From an uncultured Chloroflexia bacterium (lineage in GTDB: Bacteria; Chloroflexota; Anaerolineae; JAAYZQ01): a DNA stretch of 64,000 nucleotides. The stretch spans positions 160,001 to 224,000 of the forward strand of contig CAVOXA010000015.1 of assembly GCA_963700285.1 (NCBI GenBank). Direction: 5' to 3'. The notes under the pieces were generated by a model. The model was given only the letters and a program-made list of their open reading frames with translations, was not told the origin of the DNA and made no database searches. Below are positions 20,462 to 29,584 of this stretch, piece after piece. Positions within the stretch are counted from its first letter, which is position 1; every line of letters begins with the position of its first letter. Made by a program: the position numbers and the translations under genes.

Positions 20462-21319
20462 AAGTCTGGAAGCCTCAACGATTTTCACCTTTGCCGCTCT
20501 CGGCGAACTCATCGACCAGCGCTCGGGCATTCTGAACGTTGGGATCGAGGGTGTGATGCTTTTTGGCGCCACCCTGGGTTTCATCGCTGCCCAATCCACC
20601 GGCAGCTATTGGGTTGGCTTCCTGGTGGGAATTGCCATCGGAGGCCTGCTCGGCCTTCTCCACGGCTTCTTTTCCATCACGTTGGGGGTCGACCAGGTTG
20701 TCAGCGGGATGGGCATCTGGATCCTCGGCTTTGGCCTGACCACCTACATCGGCAATCCCTTACACCGGCCCTCTGGGGATGCCGAGGATCCCCACCATCT
20801 TGGGTCTTTCCCCCTTCTTCTATCTCGGAATCGCGCTGGTGGTTCGTCACGTGGTTCGTGCTCTCCAAGACGAGCCTGGGGCTGAGGATAAGATCGGTGG
20901 GCGAGAATCCATCGGTTGCGGAAGTCTCTGGTATAAACGTCGCCAGAATCCGCTATCTCTGTGTGACGATCGGCGGAATGCTCATGGGTCTGGCGGGTGC
21001 GATCTATTCTCTGGATTACAACCCGGTCTGGAACTATAACTTTCTCATGGGTTGGGGGTTCATCGCCCTGGCGCTGGTCTTTTTCTCCATGTGGAACCCA
21101 TTCATCCTGCTCGGCGGGTCCTTGCTCTTTGGGACTCTGTGGCAGCTTTCGCTCAATCCGCAGCTTGTACTGCCCGGCTTCATGTCCAGATACCTCTGGA
21201 GGACGGTTCCCTTTGTCACGACCTTCGGGGTTTTGCTGGTCATGTCAACCAAGTGGTTCAGGACCCGGTGGGGCGCAGCAAAACCTGAGGCGCTCGGAAC
21301 TCCCTACGTCAAGCAGTGA
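20442..21319 (+). CDS. ABC transporter permease 2 (frameshifts near 20760 and 20846)
   Basis: ALGELIDQRSGILNVGIEG, GLRIRSVGENP, GFIALA, PEALGTPY. Confidence 0.85.
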
Positions 21320-21382
21320 GTGCAGCGTCCCGAAAGTTTTGGCGTTCTTTGCCAAAGACTGATGGGGAGCCACCTGGCGCCA

Positions 21383-21423
21383 AGGGGCGGTTGGTTTGAC
21401 CGCCCCTCCTACATTGATATAAT
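21383..21423 (+). promoter_or_regulatory. Inverted repeat overlapping a putative sigma70 promoter
   Basis: AGGGGCGGT-7-ACCGCCCCT hairpin overlapping TTGACC-16 bp-TATAAT. Confidence 0.55.
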
Positions 21424-21459
21424 AATGGTTGTCCAATCTTGTGCTGTAGCGAGGGAGCC

Positions 21460-22488
21460 ATGCAGACTGCGAGGCTGGGCAAGACTGAACTGTGGGTATC
21501 CAGGGTGGGATTTGGCGGCATTCCCATTCAGCGTTTGACTGAGGCGCAGGCAATCCGCGTGGTACATACCAGCCTGGACCTGGGTGTTACCCTTCTTGAC
21601 ACGGCCAATGGCTACACGACCAGTGAAGAGCGCATCGGCAAAGCATTGGCCGCCATGCCGGGACAGCGGCAGCAGGTCGTCATCGCGACCAAAACGGGAG
21701 CACGAGACGCCAACGGGGCTCAGGAACATCTGGATCTGAGTCTGAAGCGGCTGCAAATAGAGGCCATCGACCTATGGCAGTTCCACAACGTCAGTACGCT
21801 CGAGGCGTACGAAAAGGTGCTTGGGCCAGGCGGAGCGATGGAAACGGCGCGGCGGGCCCAGGAAGCGGGCAAGATCCGCCACATTGGCATCACCAGCCAC
21901 TCGATGGACATGGCCCTGAAAGCTGTATCTTCAGGCTACTTTGAGACGATCCAATTCCCCTTTAACTTTGTCACGAACGAGGCCGCGGAGCGATTGGTCC
22001 CCTTGGCCAGGGAGCATGATCTGGGCTTCATCGCCATGAAACCTTTTGCTGGCGGATTGCTGGATGACGCCAACCTGGCACTCAAGTACCTGCTGCAGTT
22101 CGAGGGCGTCGTACCTGACCCAGGTATCGAGGTAGTTGAGGAGATCGAAGAGATCGCCGGCGTCGTCTCTGGGTCGTGGGCTCTCTCAGTCCAGGAGCAG
22201 CGCAAGATGGAGCGCATCCGTGACGAGGCCGGTACGCGCTTTTGTCGTCGCTGTGGCTACTGTGAACCCTGCGAGCAGGGTGTACGCATTTCCCTGGTTA
22301 TGAACCTGCGAAGCGCTATGCAGCGTTTCCCAGCCGACAGATTGAGTGCTGGGCCGCTCGCCGATGCCGTGGAAGGCGCCAGACATTGTATTGAGTGCGG
22401 CGAGTGCGAAGAGAAATGCCCGTATCACCTGCCAATCCGTGAGATGATCTGGGAAAATCTCGAGTATTACGATAGCGTGGTATCTTGA
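21460..22488 (+). CDS. Aldo/keto reductase with C-terminal 4Fe-4S dicluster
   Basis: GFGGIPI, DTANGY, IATK, AMKP; CRRCGYCEPC and CIECGECEEKCP. Confidence 0.92.
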   Translation: MQTARLGKTELWVSRVGFGGIPIQRLTEAQAIRVVHTSLDLGVTLLDTANGYTTSEERIGKALAAMPGQRQQVVIATKTGARDANGAQEHLDLSLKRLQIEAIDLWQFHNVSTLEAYEKVLGPGGAMETARRAQEAGKIRHIGITSHSMDMALKAVSSGYFETIQFPFNFVTNEAAERLVPLAREHDLGFIAMKPFAGGLLDDANLALKYLLQFEGVVPDPGIEVVEEIEEIAGVVSGSWALSVQEQRKMERIRDEAGTRFCRRCGYCEPCEQGVRISLVMNLRSAMQRFPADRLSAGPLADAVEGARHCIECGECEEKCPYHLPIREMIWENLEYYDSVVS

Positions 22489-22543
22489 GGTAGAAGCCCG
22501 TATGGGCCTGCCTTTGTCTCAACCTTTGTGAAGGAGCGTAGCC

Positions 22544-23422
22544 ATGAAACTTATCGATCTGACTATTCCTCTGGGCATTGGTACACCGCCGTGGCCCACC
22601 TATGAGCCGTTGCAGGTCAAGTATTTCAAGCGGTTGGCCCCCAACGGGGCCAATGGCCAGTTGCTCACCCATTCGAACCACCTAGGTACGCACCTGGATG
22701 GTGAGATTCACTTTTACACCCCCGGCAAGGACATCGCCCAGTTGGAGCTGAACGATTTCTTGGTAGGTCCGGGCGTTGTCGTGGATCTCTCCGATGCCAC
22801 CGGCGATTACCAGATCTATACCTCAGAGATGATCGAGGAGCGTGTAGAGGTCCGGGATGGCGACATCCTTATCATCCATACCGGTTACCACCACTTTGGC
22901 TGGGACATGCCCCATGCCGACGAAGTCCGCTACATGGTCCAGCACTCTGGTCCAGACCGGGAGTTCACCGAATGGGCCAAGGAGAAAAAGATCAAGTGGA
23001 TCGGAGTTGACTGTGGCAGTGCCGACCATCCCATGAATACCATCATTCGCGACTGGATGCCCCGCCAGGCCGCCGAGGCCGACAGGGTTTTCCAGGATAT
23101 GTACGGCGCGACCCTGGCCGAGCGCTTTACGCCAGACAAGTACCAGTTGATGCACCTGGAGATGTTCCCCGACCATATCATTCATGCCGAGTGCGTCGGT
23201 GGGGAGATCGACCTGCTGGTCAACCGGCGGGCCACCATCGGCTTCTTCCCTTGGCGCTTTGTCGACGGAGAGTCCTGCATCGGTCGCTGCGTGGCCATGG
23301 TCGACGATGACGAGTACGAGGAGCTGATGGCCCGCAAGGCGGAACTGCCCCAGACCCGCTTCGGCGATTGCTATGATCCGGAGCACGTGGAGCGGATCAA
23401 GCGGTTGACCAAGCGCTTCTAG
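22544..23422 (+). CDS. Cyclase-family metal amidohydrolase
   Basis: HLGTHLDG, GDILIIHTG, GVDCGSADHP; similar to both halves of 9521..11194. Confidence 0.9.
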   Translation: MKLIDLTIPLGIGTPPWPTYEPLQVKYFKRLAPNGANGQLLTHSNHLGTHLDGEIHFYTPGKDIAQLELNDFLVGPGVVVDLSDATGDYQIYTSEMIEERVEVRDGDILIIHTGYHHFGWDMPHADEVRYMVQHSGPDREFTEWAKEKKIKWIGVDCGSADHPMNTIIRDWMPRQAAEADRVFQDMYGATLAERFTPDKYQLMHLEMFPDHIIHAECVGGEIDLLVNRRATIGFFPWRFVDGESCIGRCVAMVDDDEYEELMARKAELPQTRFGDCYDPEHVERIKRLTKRF

Positions 23423-23460
23423 CAGTGGCCGCGATGTGCCGAACATGCGCATGTCAGCGG

Positions 23461-23523
23461 TGACGGAGGACGAGGGACGCATGCAAGACCAGGAAATGGC
23501 CCTTCGTCCCTCGTCCTCCGTCA
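23461..23523. repeat. Perfect 19-bp inverted repeat built from heptamers
   Basis: TGACGGAGGACGAGGGACG ... CGTCCCTCGTCCTCCGTCA with a 25-nt loop. Confidence 0.85.
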
Positions 23524-23583
23524 GTCATACCCTGATCGTAACGTATCGTCCAAAGCGACGTTGATTTGTGAGGAGATAGCTTG

Positions 23584-24792
23584 ATGCAACCACTAGAAGG
23601 TATCCGTGTGCTGGACCTGACCCGAATTCTGGCCGGGCCCTACTGTACCATGATGTTGGGCGACCTGGGGGCGGACGTAATCAAGGTAGAGCAACCTGGC
23701 CGGGGCGACGATTCACGAAGTTGGGGACCGCCGTTTGTGGGTGAGTCCTGCGGGCCTTTTCCTGGTGAGGCAGCCTACTTTTTGGCCGCCAACCGGAACA
23801 AACGTGGAATTACGGTCAATCTCAAGGCGCCAGAAGGGCGGGAGATCGTACGCCAGCTGGCGCGTGCCTCGGATGTGCTGGTGGAGAATTTCCGCGGCGG
23901 TACCCTGGAACGGATGGGGCTGGGCTACGAGGATCTGCGAGGTCTGAATCTACGCCTTGTCTACTGTTCTATCAGTGGCTATGGCCGTACTGGCCCTTAC
24001 GCTGATCGGCCCGGCTACGATTTCATCATCCAGGCTGAAGGCGGGATGATGGGTATCACCGGGCCCGAGGAGGGGCAGCCGTATCGGGTTGGGATCCCTA
24101 TCGTGGACATTGCGACTGGTATGTTTGCGAGTACGGCCATTTTGGCCGCGCTCCGGGCCCGCGATTTGACGGGGGAAGGACAGTACGTGGATATGTCCCT
24201 CCTGGATTCACAGGTGGCGGTGCTGACCAACGTGGCATCCAACTATCTGGTTGGGGGGCAGGGTCCGCGGCGGCTGGGCAATGCACACCCCAACATCACG
24301 CCCTACGAGGCTTTTCGCGCACGGGACAAGTGGTTTGCCCTGGCTGCGGGCAATGAACGGCAATGGGCCATCCTGTGCAACGTTATCGACCGGCCAGAGT
24401 TGAAGGACGATCCTCGTTTTGTCGACAACAGTAGCCGGGTGGCGAACCGGGCAGTGCTACGCGAGGTGCTTGATGGCGCCTTTGCAGCACGTGACGCTGC
24501 CGAGTGGCTGGCCGAGTTCCGCAGCGCCGGGCTCCCTTGCGGGCCGATCAATTCGGTTCCGGAGGTCTTTCAGCATCCCCAGGCCGAAGCTCGGTCGTTC
24601 GTGCTGGAGGCTGAGCACCCGACTGCCGGTACGGTACGGTTTCCCGGATTCCCCTATAAACTCTCCGCGACCCCTGCGGCCATACGCCGGCCACCCCCAC
24701 GGTTGGGCGAGCACACGGAAGAGGTGCTGCAGGATCTGCTGGGCTATGCTGCCGAGGAGGTGTCGGCCCTCCGAGAACGCGAGGTTGTGTAG
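23584..24792 (+). CDS. CaiB/BaiF (class III) CoA-transferase
   Basis: PLEGIRVLDLTRILAGP, NRNKR, DVLVENFR, SISGYG, PPPRLGEHT. Confidence 0.93.
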   Translation: MQPLEGIRVLDLTRILAGPYCTMMLGDLGADVIKVEQPGRGDDSRSWGPPFVGESCGPFPGEAAYFLAANRNKRGITVNLKAPEGREIVRQLARASDVLVENFRGGTLERMGLGYEDLRGLNLRLVYCSISGYGRTGPYADRPGYDFIIQAEGGMMGITGPEEGQPYRVGIPIVDIATGMFASTAILAALRARDLTGEGQYVDMSLLDSQVAVLTNVASNYLVGGQGPRRLGNAHPNITPYEAFRARDKWFALAAGNERQWAILCNVIDRPELKDDPRFVDNSSRVANRAVLREVLDGAFAARDAAEWLAEFRSAGLPCGPINSVPEVFQHPQAEARSFVLEAEHPTAGTVRFPGFPYKLSATPAAIRRPPPRLGEHTEEVLQDLLGYAAEEVSALREREVV

Positions 24793-24857
24793 AGACGAGC
24801 GCATCTGGGAATCTGTACAGACCCTTCTAGTGCGTACAGAGTAAGGAGGTGACTGAG

Positions 24858-25751
24858 GTGTTTGCCAGGCCTGGTTTGCCCAGCTTTGACTATGTTCGAC
24901 CGGGCACAGCCGATGAGGTGACCGGCCTCTTGCAGGAGCACGGTGAGGCCGCGCGGCTATTGATGGGCGGTACCGACCTGTTCCCTGGCTTGCGGGATGG
25001 CGCATTCCGTCCCAAGGTAGTCGTGGACGTCAAGGGCTTGCCCGGCATGGGCGACATCTTGTTCGACAGGGAAACAGGGCTGACCGTCGGAGCGGCCGTG
25101 ACGATGAACGCTTTGGCCAACCACCCAGACGTGCAGGTGCATTATCCGCTGCTGGCCGAGGCGGCCGGAACGGTAGCGTCTTATCAGATACGCAACCGAG
25201 CTACCCTCGGTGGCAACCTGTGCAATGCTTCTCCTTGCGCTGACACATCTCCGGCAACGCTTGTATTGGAGGCTCACTTTGGCCTGTACGGTCCCAGTGG
25301 GCAGAGGACTGTCCCCGCCGGCGAGTTCTTTGTCGGGCCAGGCCAGACAGTGCTCCAGCCTGGCGAGCTGATGACGGCCATCCGCTTCCCACCCCTGCCA
25401 GCCGGTGCAGCGGGCCGCTACCTCAAGCTGGGCCGCTGCAAGTCAGGTGACCTTGCCCTCGTCGGCGTGGCCATCCTCGGTTACCCTGACGGGACGCGTT
25501 CCGGATACAAGCATCGCCTTGGGCTGGGCTCGGTCGCACCGACGCCGTTGCGGGTGGAGGAAGCAGAAGATATCCTAGCCGTGGCGCCCCCGGGAGAAGA
25601 TGCCTTTGTCCTGGCCGCCGAGAGGGCGATGGGGGTCGCTTCCCCCATTAGCGACGTCCGCGGCGGCGCGAGCTACCAGAAGGCCATGGTGCGCGCGCTC
25701 ACGCTGCGCGGCTTGCGAGATGTCTGGAAGCAGATGAAGGAGGGAGAGTGA
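24858..25751 (+). CDS. Xanthine dehydrogenase-family FAD subunit
   Basis: GGTDL, QIRNRATLGGN, ASPCAD, PISDVRG; AAGGAGG RBS (alternative start 24849). Confidence 0.92.
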   Translation: MFARPGLPSFDYVRPGTADEVTGLLQEHGEAARLLMGGTDLFPGLRDGAFRPKVVVDVKGLPGMGDILFDRETGLTVGAAVTMNALANHPDVQVHYPLLAEAAGTVASYQIRNRATLGGNLCNASPCADTSPATLVLEAHFGLYGPSGQRTVPAGEFFVGPGQTVLQPGELMTAIRFPPLPAGAAGRYLKLGRCKSGDLALVGVAILGYPDGTRSGYKHRLGLGSVAPTPLRVEEAEDILAVAPPGEDAFVLAAERAMGVASPISDVRGGASYQKAMVRALTLRGLRDVWKQMKEGE

Positions 25752-25752
25752 C

Positions 25753-26226
25753 GTGGCTACACACGCAATCACCCTGACGGTGAACGGCGCCAAGGAGCGC
25801 CTGGACGTCCCCTCTAACATGACCCTGCTGCAAATGCTTCGGGAGAAACTGGCCCTCACCGGCACCAAGAATGGCTGCGAGGCTGGGGAGTGTGGGGCCT
25901 GTACCGTGTTGCTGGACGGCGAACCGGTAAACTCGTGCATGGTGCTGGCTGTTGAAGCCGATGGCCGGGAGGTCTTGACGGTAGAAGGGCTGGCCCCGGA
26001 GGGGGGATTGAGACCTTTGCAGGAGGCATTTGTGGAGCACAACGCTGTACAGTGTGGCTTCTGCACGCCAGGAATGCTGATGTCGGCGACCGCATTGCTG
26101 GAGCGGAATCCAGAGCCAACTGAGCAAGAGATCAGAGAGGCGCTGGTCGGCAACCTGTGCCGCTGCACGGGCTATGTACGTATTGTCGACGCCGTTCAGG
26201 CAGCAGTGAGCAGAGGAGGTGCGTAG
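25753..26226 (+). CDS. (2Fe-2S) subunit of the second Mo hydroxylase
   Basis: GCEAGECGAC, QCGFCTPG, NLCRCTGY. Confidence 0.93.
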   Translation: MATHAITLTVNGAKERLDVPSNMTLLQMLREKLALTGTKNGCEAGECGACTVLLDGEPVNSCMVLAVEADGREVLTVEGLAPEGGLRPLQEAFVEHNAVQCGFCTPGMLMSATALLERNPEPTEQEIREALVGNLCRCTGYVRIVDAVQAAVSRGGA

Positions 26227-26227
26227 A

Positions 26228-28585
26228 ATGGCCAATCTTGCCTCTGAGGGGTTCACTTCTGAGCCCGTTGGCAAAAGTGTGCCGCGCATCGATGCCTACG
26301 AAAAGGTCACTGGGTCGGCAGTGTTTTCCGATGACCTGCAGTTTGGTCCTGGGCTCTACTATGGGCGTCTGGTCCGGAGTCCTCACGCCCATGCTCTGAT
26401 CAAGGACATCAACGTAAACAAAGCCCTGGAGATGCCCGGCGTCAAGGCCGTCGTTACAGGGGAGGATGTACCCAACAATATCGGTCTGTACCTCATCGAC
26501 CGGCCCATCTTTGCCCGGGGCCGCGTCCGTTACGTCGGCGAACCCGTCGCCGGAGTTGTAGCCACCAGCGAGGAGATAGCCCACGAGGCGGTCCAACTCG
26601 TCGAGGTGGAATACGAGGAACTGCCAGCCGTATTTGACCCGATACGGGGCGCTCAGCCTGATGCGCCTTTGCTCCACCCAAACTTGGGCGAGTACGAGGT
26701 CGCCAACTTTATCTTTCCTAACCCAGGTACCAACATTTCGGAGCATTTCAAGCTACGCCGTGGGGATGTGGAAGCGGCATGGTCCCGATGCGCGGCCGTC
26801 GTGGAGGGGACCTTCCATTTGCCCCAGATCCAGCACGTGCCTATCGAACCCCATGTTGCTGTGAGTCACTGGGAGGGATCTGGGGAGGTCACCTTGTGGA
26901 CCTGCTCCCAGTCGCCCTTTGCTCAGCGCGATTTGGTGGCTCAGAGTCTAGGCATCCCCCACGGCAACCTGCGGGTGGTGGCGCCCTACGTCGGCGGTGG
27001 CTTTGGCGGCAAGGCCGGCATTTCTATGGAGGTCTGCGCGGTGGTTATGGCCCGGGCAGTCAAGGGGCATCCGGTCAAGCTGCGCATGACGCGCGAGGAG
27101 GAGTTCATCGGCACGTCGGTGCGCCAGAGCCTGGTAGCTCAGACCAAGATCGGCTGCGACGCTGAGGGCAACCTGCTGGCCATGGAGACCCAGTATTACT
27201 TTGGCGGTGGAGCCTACAACGACTATGGTGTCAACGTCGCCCGAGCAGCAGGCTACTCGTGTACCGGTCCCTACTTGATCCCTAATGTCAAGGGTGATTC
27301 CTACTGCGTTTACACGAATCAACCCATCGGCAGCGCCATGCGCGGCTTTGGTATGCCCGAGATCCATTGGGGCATCGAGCAGATCATAGACCAGCTTGCC
27401 GAAAAGATCGCGATGGATCCCGCCGAGTTCCGGCGGCGCAATTGCGTCAAGACCGATGCCACCATCCTGACCGGTATGAAGATGCCGCCCATTGACCTGG
27501 TGGCCTGCATCGACAAGGCTACCGAGGCAGTCAACTGGGGCAGGACAGAGGCTGCCTCTGCTCCGCACAAGGTACGCGGCAAAGGCCTGGCCATCATGTG
27601 GAAAGCTCCAGCCATGCCGCCCAATCCCGGCAGCGCCGCCATCATTCACTTTAACGAGAACGCCACGGTCAATGTCTTGATCGGCGCCCAGGACCTGGGC
27701 CAGGGCGCCTTCACCGTCCTGGCCCAGATGGCGGCCCAAGCTCTGGGTGTGCCATACGAATGGGTGAGTGTCTCCGTACCGGTGGATACCAAGTACAGCC
27801 CCTACGAATGGCAGACGGTTGCCAGCCGTATCACCTGGTCCACCGGCAATGCGGTGCGGTCGGCGGCCCTAGATGCCCGACGGCAGATCCTGGAGGTCGT
27901 GGCCAAGCACTGGGGCGAAACCCCAGAAGATCTGGATATCAAGGATGGTGTGGTCTTTTCCTACCGGTCCGAGGAGGAGCAGCCACTTCAGAACATGGTC
28001 GTCTACGGGCTGCCCAACGAGGGCTTTGAGGGTTGGAAGGGAGGCCCCATCGTCGGTCAGGGGAAATTCATGCCCACCTATGTCACTAATCTTGATTTCG
28101 AGACTGGTCAGGGCACCCGTGCTGTCGTACACTATACCGTCGGCGCCCAGGCGGTTGATCTGGAGGTTGACACCGAGACCGGGGAGATCGACGTGCTCAA
28201 GATCGCCAGCGTGTACGATGTGGGCAAGGCCATCAACCCCGATCTGATCCTGACCCAGATCGAGGGTGGGGCAGTGCATGGCATGAGTTCGGCTTATGAG
28301 GCGCTCCATTTTGACGAAAAGGGGCGGCCTCTGAACCCGAATATGGTCGACTACCGTATCGCCACGGCCATGGATACTCCCGGCGAGATCCACGGCGACT
28401 TTGTCGAGACGCCGTTGGAGGATGGCCCCTGGGGCGCTCGGGGCGTGGGCGAACACGTGATGGTCCAGACCGCGCCGGCCATGGCCAATGCCATCTACGA
28501 TGCGCTGGGTATTCGCTTCAGCGAACTACCACTTTCGGCGGAGAAGGTCTTTTTGGCTTTGCAGGACCTACCTGCAGAGAGCTAG
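26228..28585 (+). CDS. Xanthine dehydrogenase-family molybdopterin-binding subunit
   Basis: VGGGFGGK, AMRGFG, DLGQG, TVASR, QIEGG, RGVGE. Confidence 0.93.
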   Translation: MANLASEGFTSEPVGKSVPRIDAYEKVTGSAVFSDDLQFGPGLYYGRLVRSPHAHALIKDINVNKALEMPGVKAVVTGEDVPNNIGLYLIDRPIFARGRVRYVGEPVAGVVATSEEIAHEAVQLVEVEYEELPAVFDPIRGAQPDAPLLHPNLGEYEVANFIFPNPGTNISEHFKLRRGDVEAAWSRCAAVVEGTFHLPQIQHVPIEPHVAVSHWEGSGEVTLWTCSQSPFAQRDLVAQSLGIPHGNLRVVAPYVGGGFGGKAGISMEVCAVVMARAVKGHPVKLRMTREEEFIGTSVRQSLVAQTKIGCDAEGNLLAMETQYYFGGGAYNDYGVNVARAAGYSCTGPYLIPNVKGDSYCVYTNQPIGSAMRGFGMPEIHWGIEQIIDQLAEKIAMDPAEFRRRNCVKTDATILTGMKMPPIDLVACIDKATEAVNWGRTEAASAPHKVRGKGLAIMWKAPAMPPNPGSAAIIHFNENATVNVLIGAQDLGQGAFTVLAQMAAQALGVPYEWVSVSVPVDTKYSPYEWQTVASRITWSTGNAVRSAALDARRQILEVVAKHWGETPEDLDIKDGVVFSYRSEEEQPLQNMVVYGLPNEGFEGWKGGPIVGQGKFMPTYVTNLDFETGQGTRAVVHYTVGAQAVDLEVDTETGEIDVLKIASVYDVGKAINPDLILTQIEGGAVHGMSSAYEALHFDEKGRPLNPNMVDYRIATAMDTPGEIHGDFVETPLEDGPWGARGVGEHVMVQTAPAMANAIYDALGIRFSELPLSAEKVFLALQDLPAES

Positions 28586-29543
28586 ACATCCACAGGAACC
28601 CTGTCAGGGTATCTGCCCCAGAGGTGTGACCATGGGACAGGACGTTCGTCGCAGTGTTCACGAGTTGATCTTCTCTGCCTTTTGCCAATGCATCCAGTAG
28701 ATGATGCCAGGCAGCGCTGCATTCTCCCTCTGCTGCTGCCCTGAGAAAAGCCGCAGAGAGTATTGTGGTCCGAGGTGCAGCCATCTCGATGATCTCATAA
28801 CAGAGGCGGCGGGGAGTAGGGTGGGCTAGCCAGGCCCAGAGCATGAACCCGATCAGAAAATCATCGCCAGCTGGCGTGAGGCCACTCCCCAGCCCCGCCA
28901 GTTGCGTGGCACCCTCTCGCAGTGAAGTCGTGTCCCCCTTCCACCCGATTTGTAGAGCTTCTGCGCCAGCCAGGGCTGACGCGAGAAAGGCGAGAGCGAG
29001 GTCCTGTCGTAAGGGATCCGATGGAGCCCCTTGTACCCCACCTCGCATTTCGCTCCTTCTGGTCTGCAGTCCGCCCGACTCGGACAGCCCCATCGTCAAG
29101 AGCGTGAGCAGGCTACCTTGGGGGTTTTTGGACAGGGCGATAGATTGCAGGAGGGCAAGCCGCTGCGTGATAACCCGCTGATAGACCCTAAGGCGCTCCC
29201 AGAGGGCCCGGGGCTCCCAGACCCTGGCTTCGCTCAGGGCGATGACCAACTCGCCAACTTGCAGGTGCCTCCCGGTCAAATGGGCTGGCATCCCCGGCTT
29301 GACAGCGGCAAAAACGCCTTGCTCGCCGTCGATCACGATGTTGAGTGGCCCATCGCCGATCTGAGGCAACACCAGAGTGGCCACGGTACCGTCGGAGGTC
29401 ACCAGACTGCAAGCTCGATCAAATACAGCCAACACCCGGGTGACGAGCGTCTCCCCCTCGATCTGCTCCCATACCCGGCGGCTAATGGAGCGGGCTCGCA
29501 GATCCGCTTTCTGCGGTTCGATTACAGCGTGACTTTTAGGCAA
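28518..29543 (-). CDS. DUF2877 / YlbF family protein (AllH-like)
   Basis: LAGLGSGLTPAGDDFLIG, TTILS, GHTSGADTLTG. Confidence 0.88.
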   Translation of the reverse strand: MPKSHAVIEPQKADLRARSISRRVWEQIEGETLVTRVLAVFDRACSLVTSDGTVATLVLPQIGDGPLNIVIDGEQGVFAAVKPGMPAHLTGRHLQVGELVIALSEARVWEPRALWERLRVYQRVITQRLALLQSIALSKNPQGSLLTLLTMGLSESGGLQTRRSEMRGGVQGAPSDPLRQDLALAFLASALAGAEALQIGWKGDTTSLREGATQLAGLGSGLTPAGDDFLIGFMLWAWLAHPTPRRLCYEIIEMAAPRTTILSAAFLRAAAEGECSAAWHHLLDALAKGREDQLVNTATNVLSHGHTSGADTLTGFLWMSSSLQVGPAKPKRPSPPKVVVR

Positions 29544-29584
29544 GCACGCTCATCTCCGGGACCGTCCCCCGAGCGGGATCCGAC

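Noticed and set aside
17790-20860. Programmed ribosomal frameshifting
   Set aside because: There are several breaks per gene at non-slippery sites, which fits sequencing error better.
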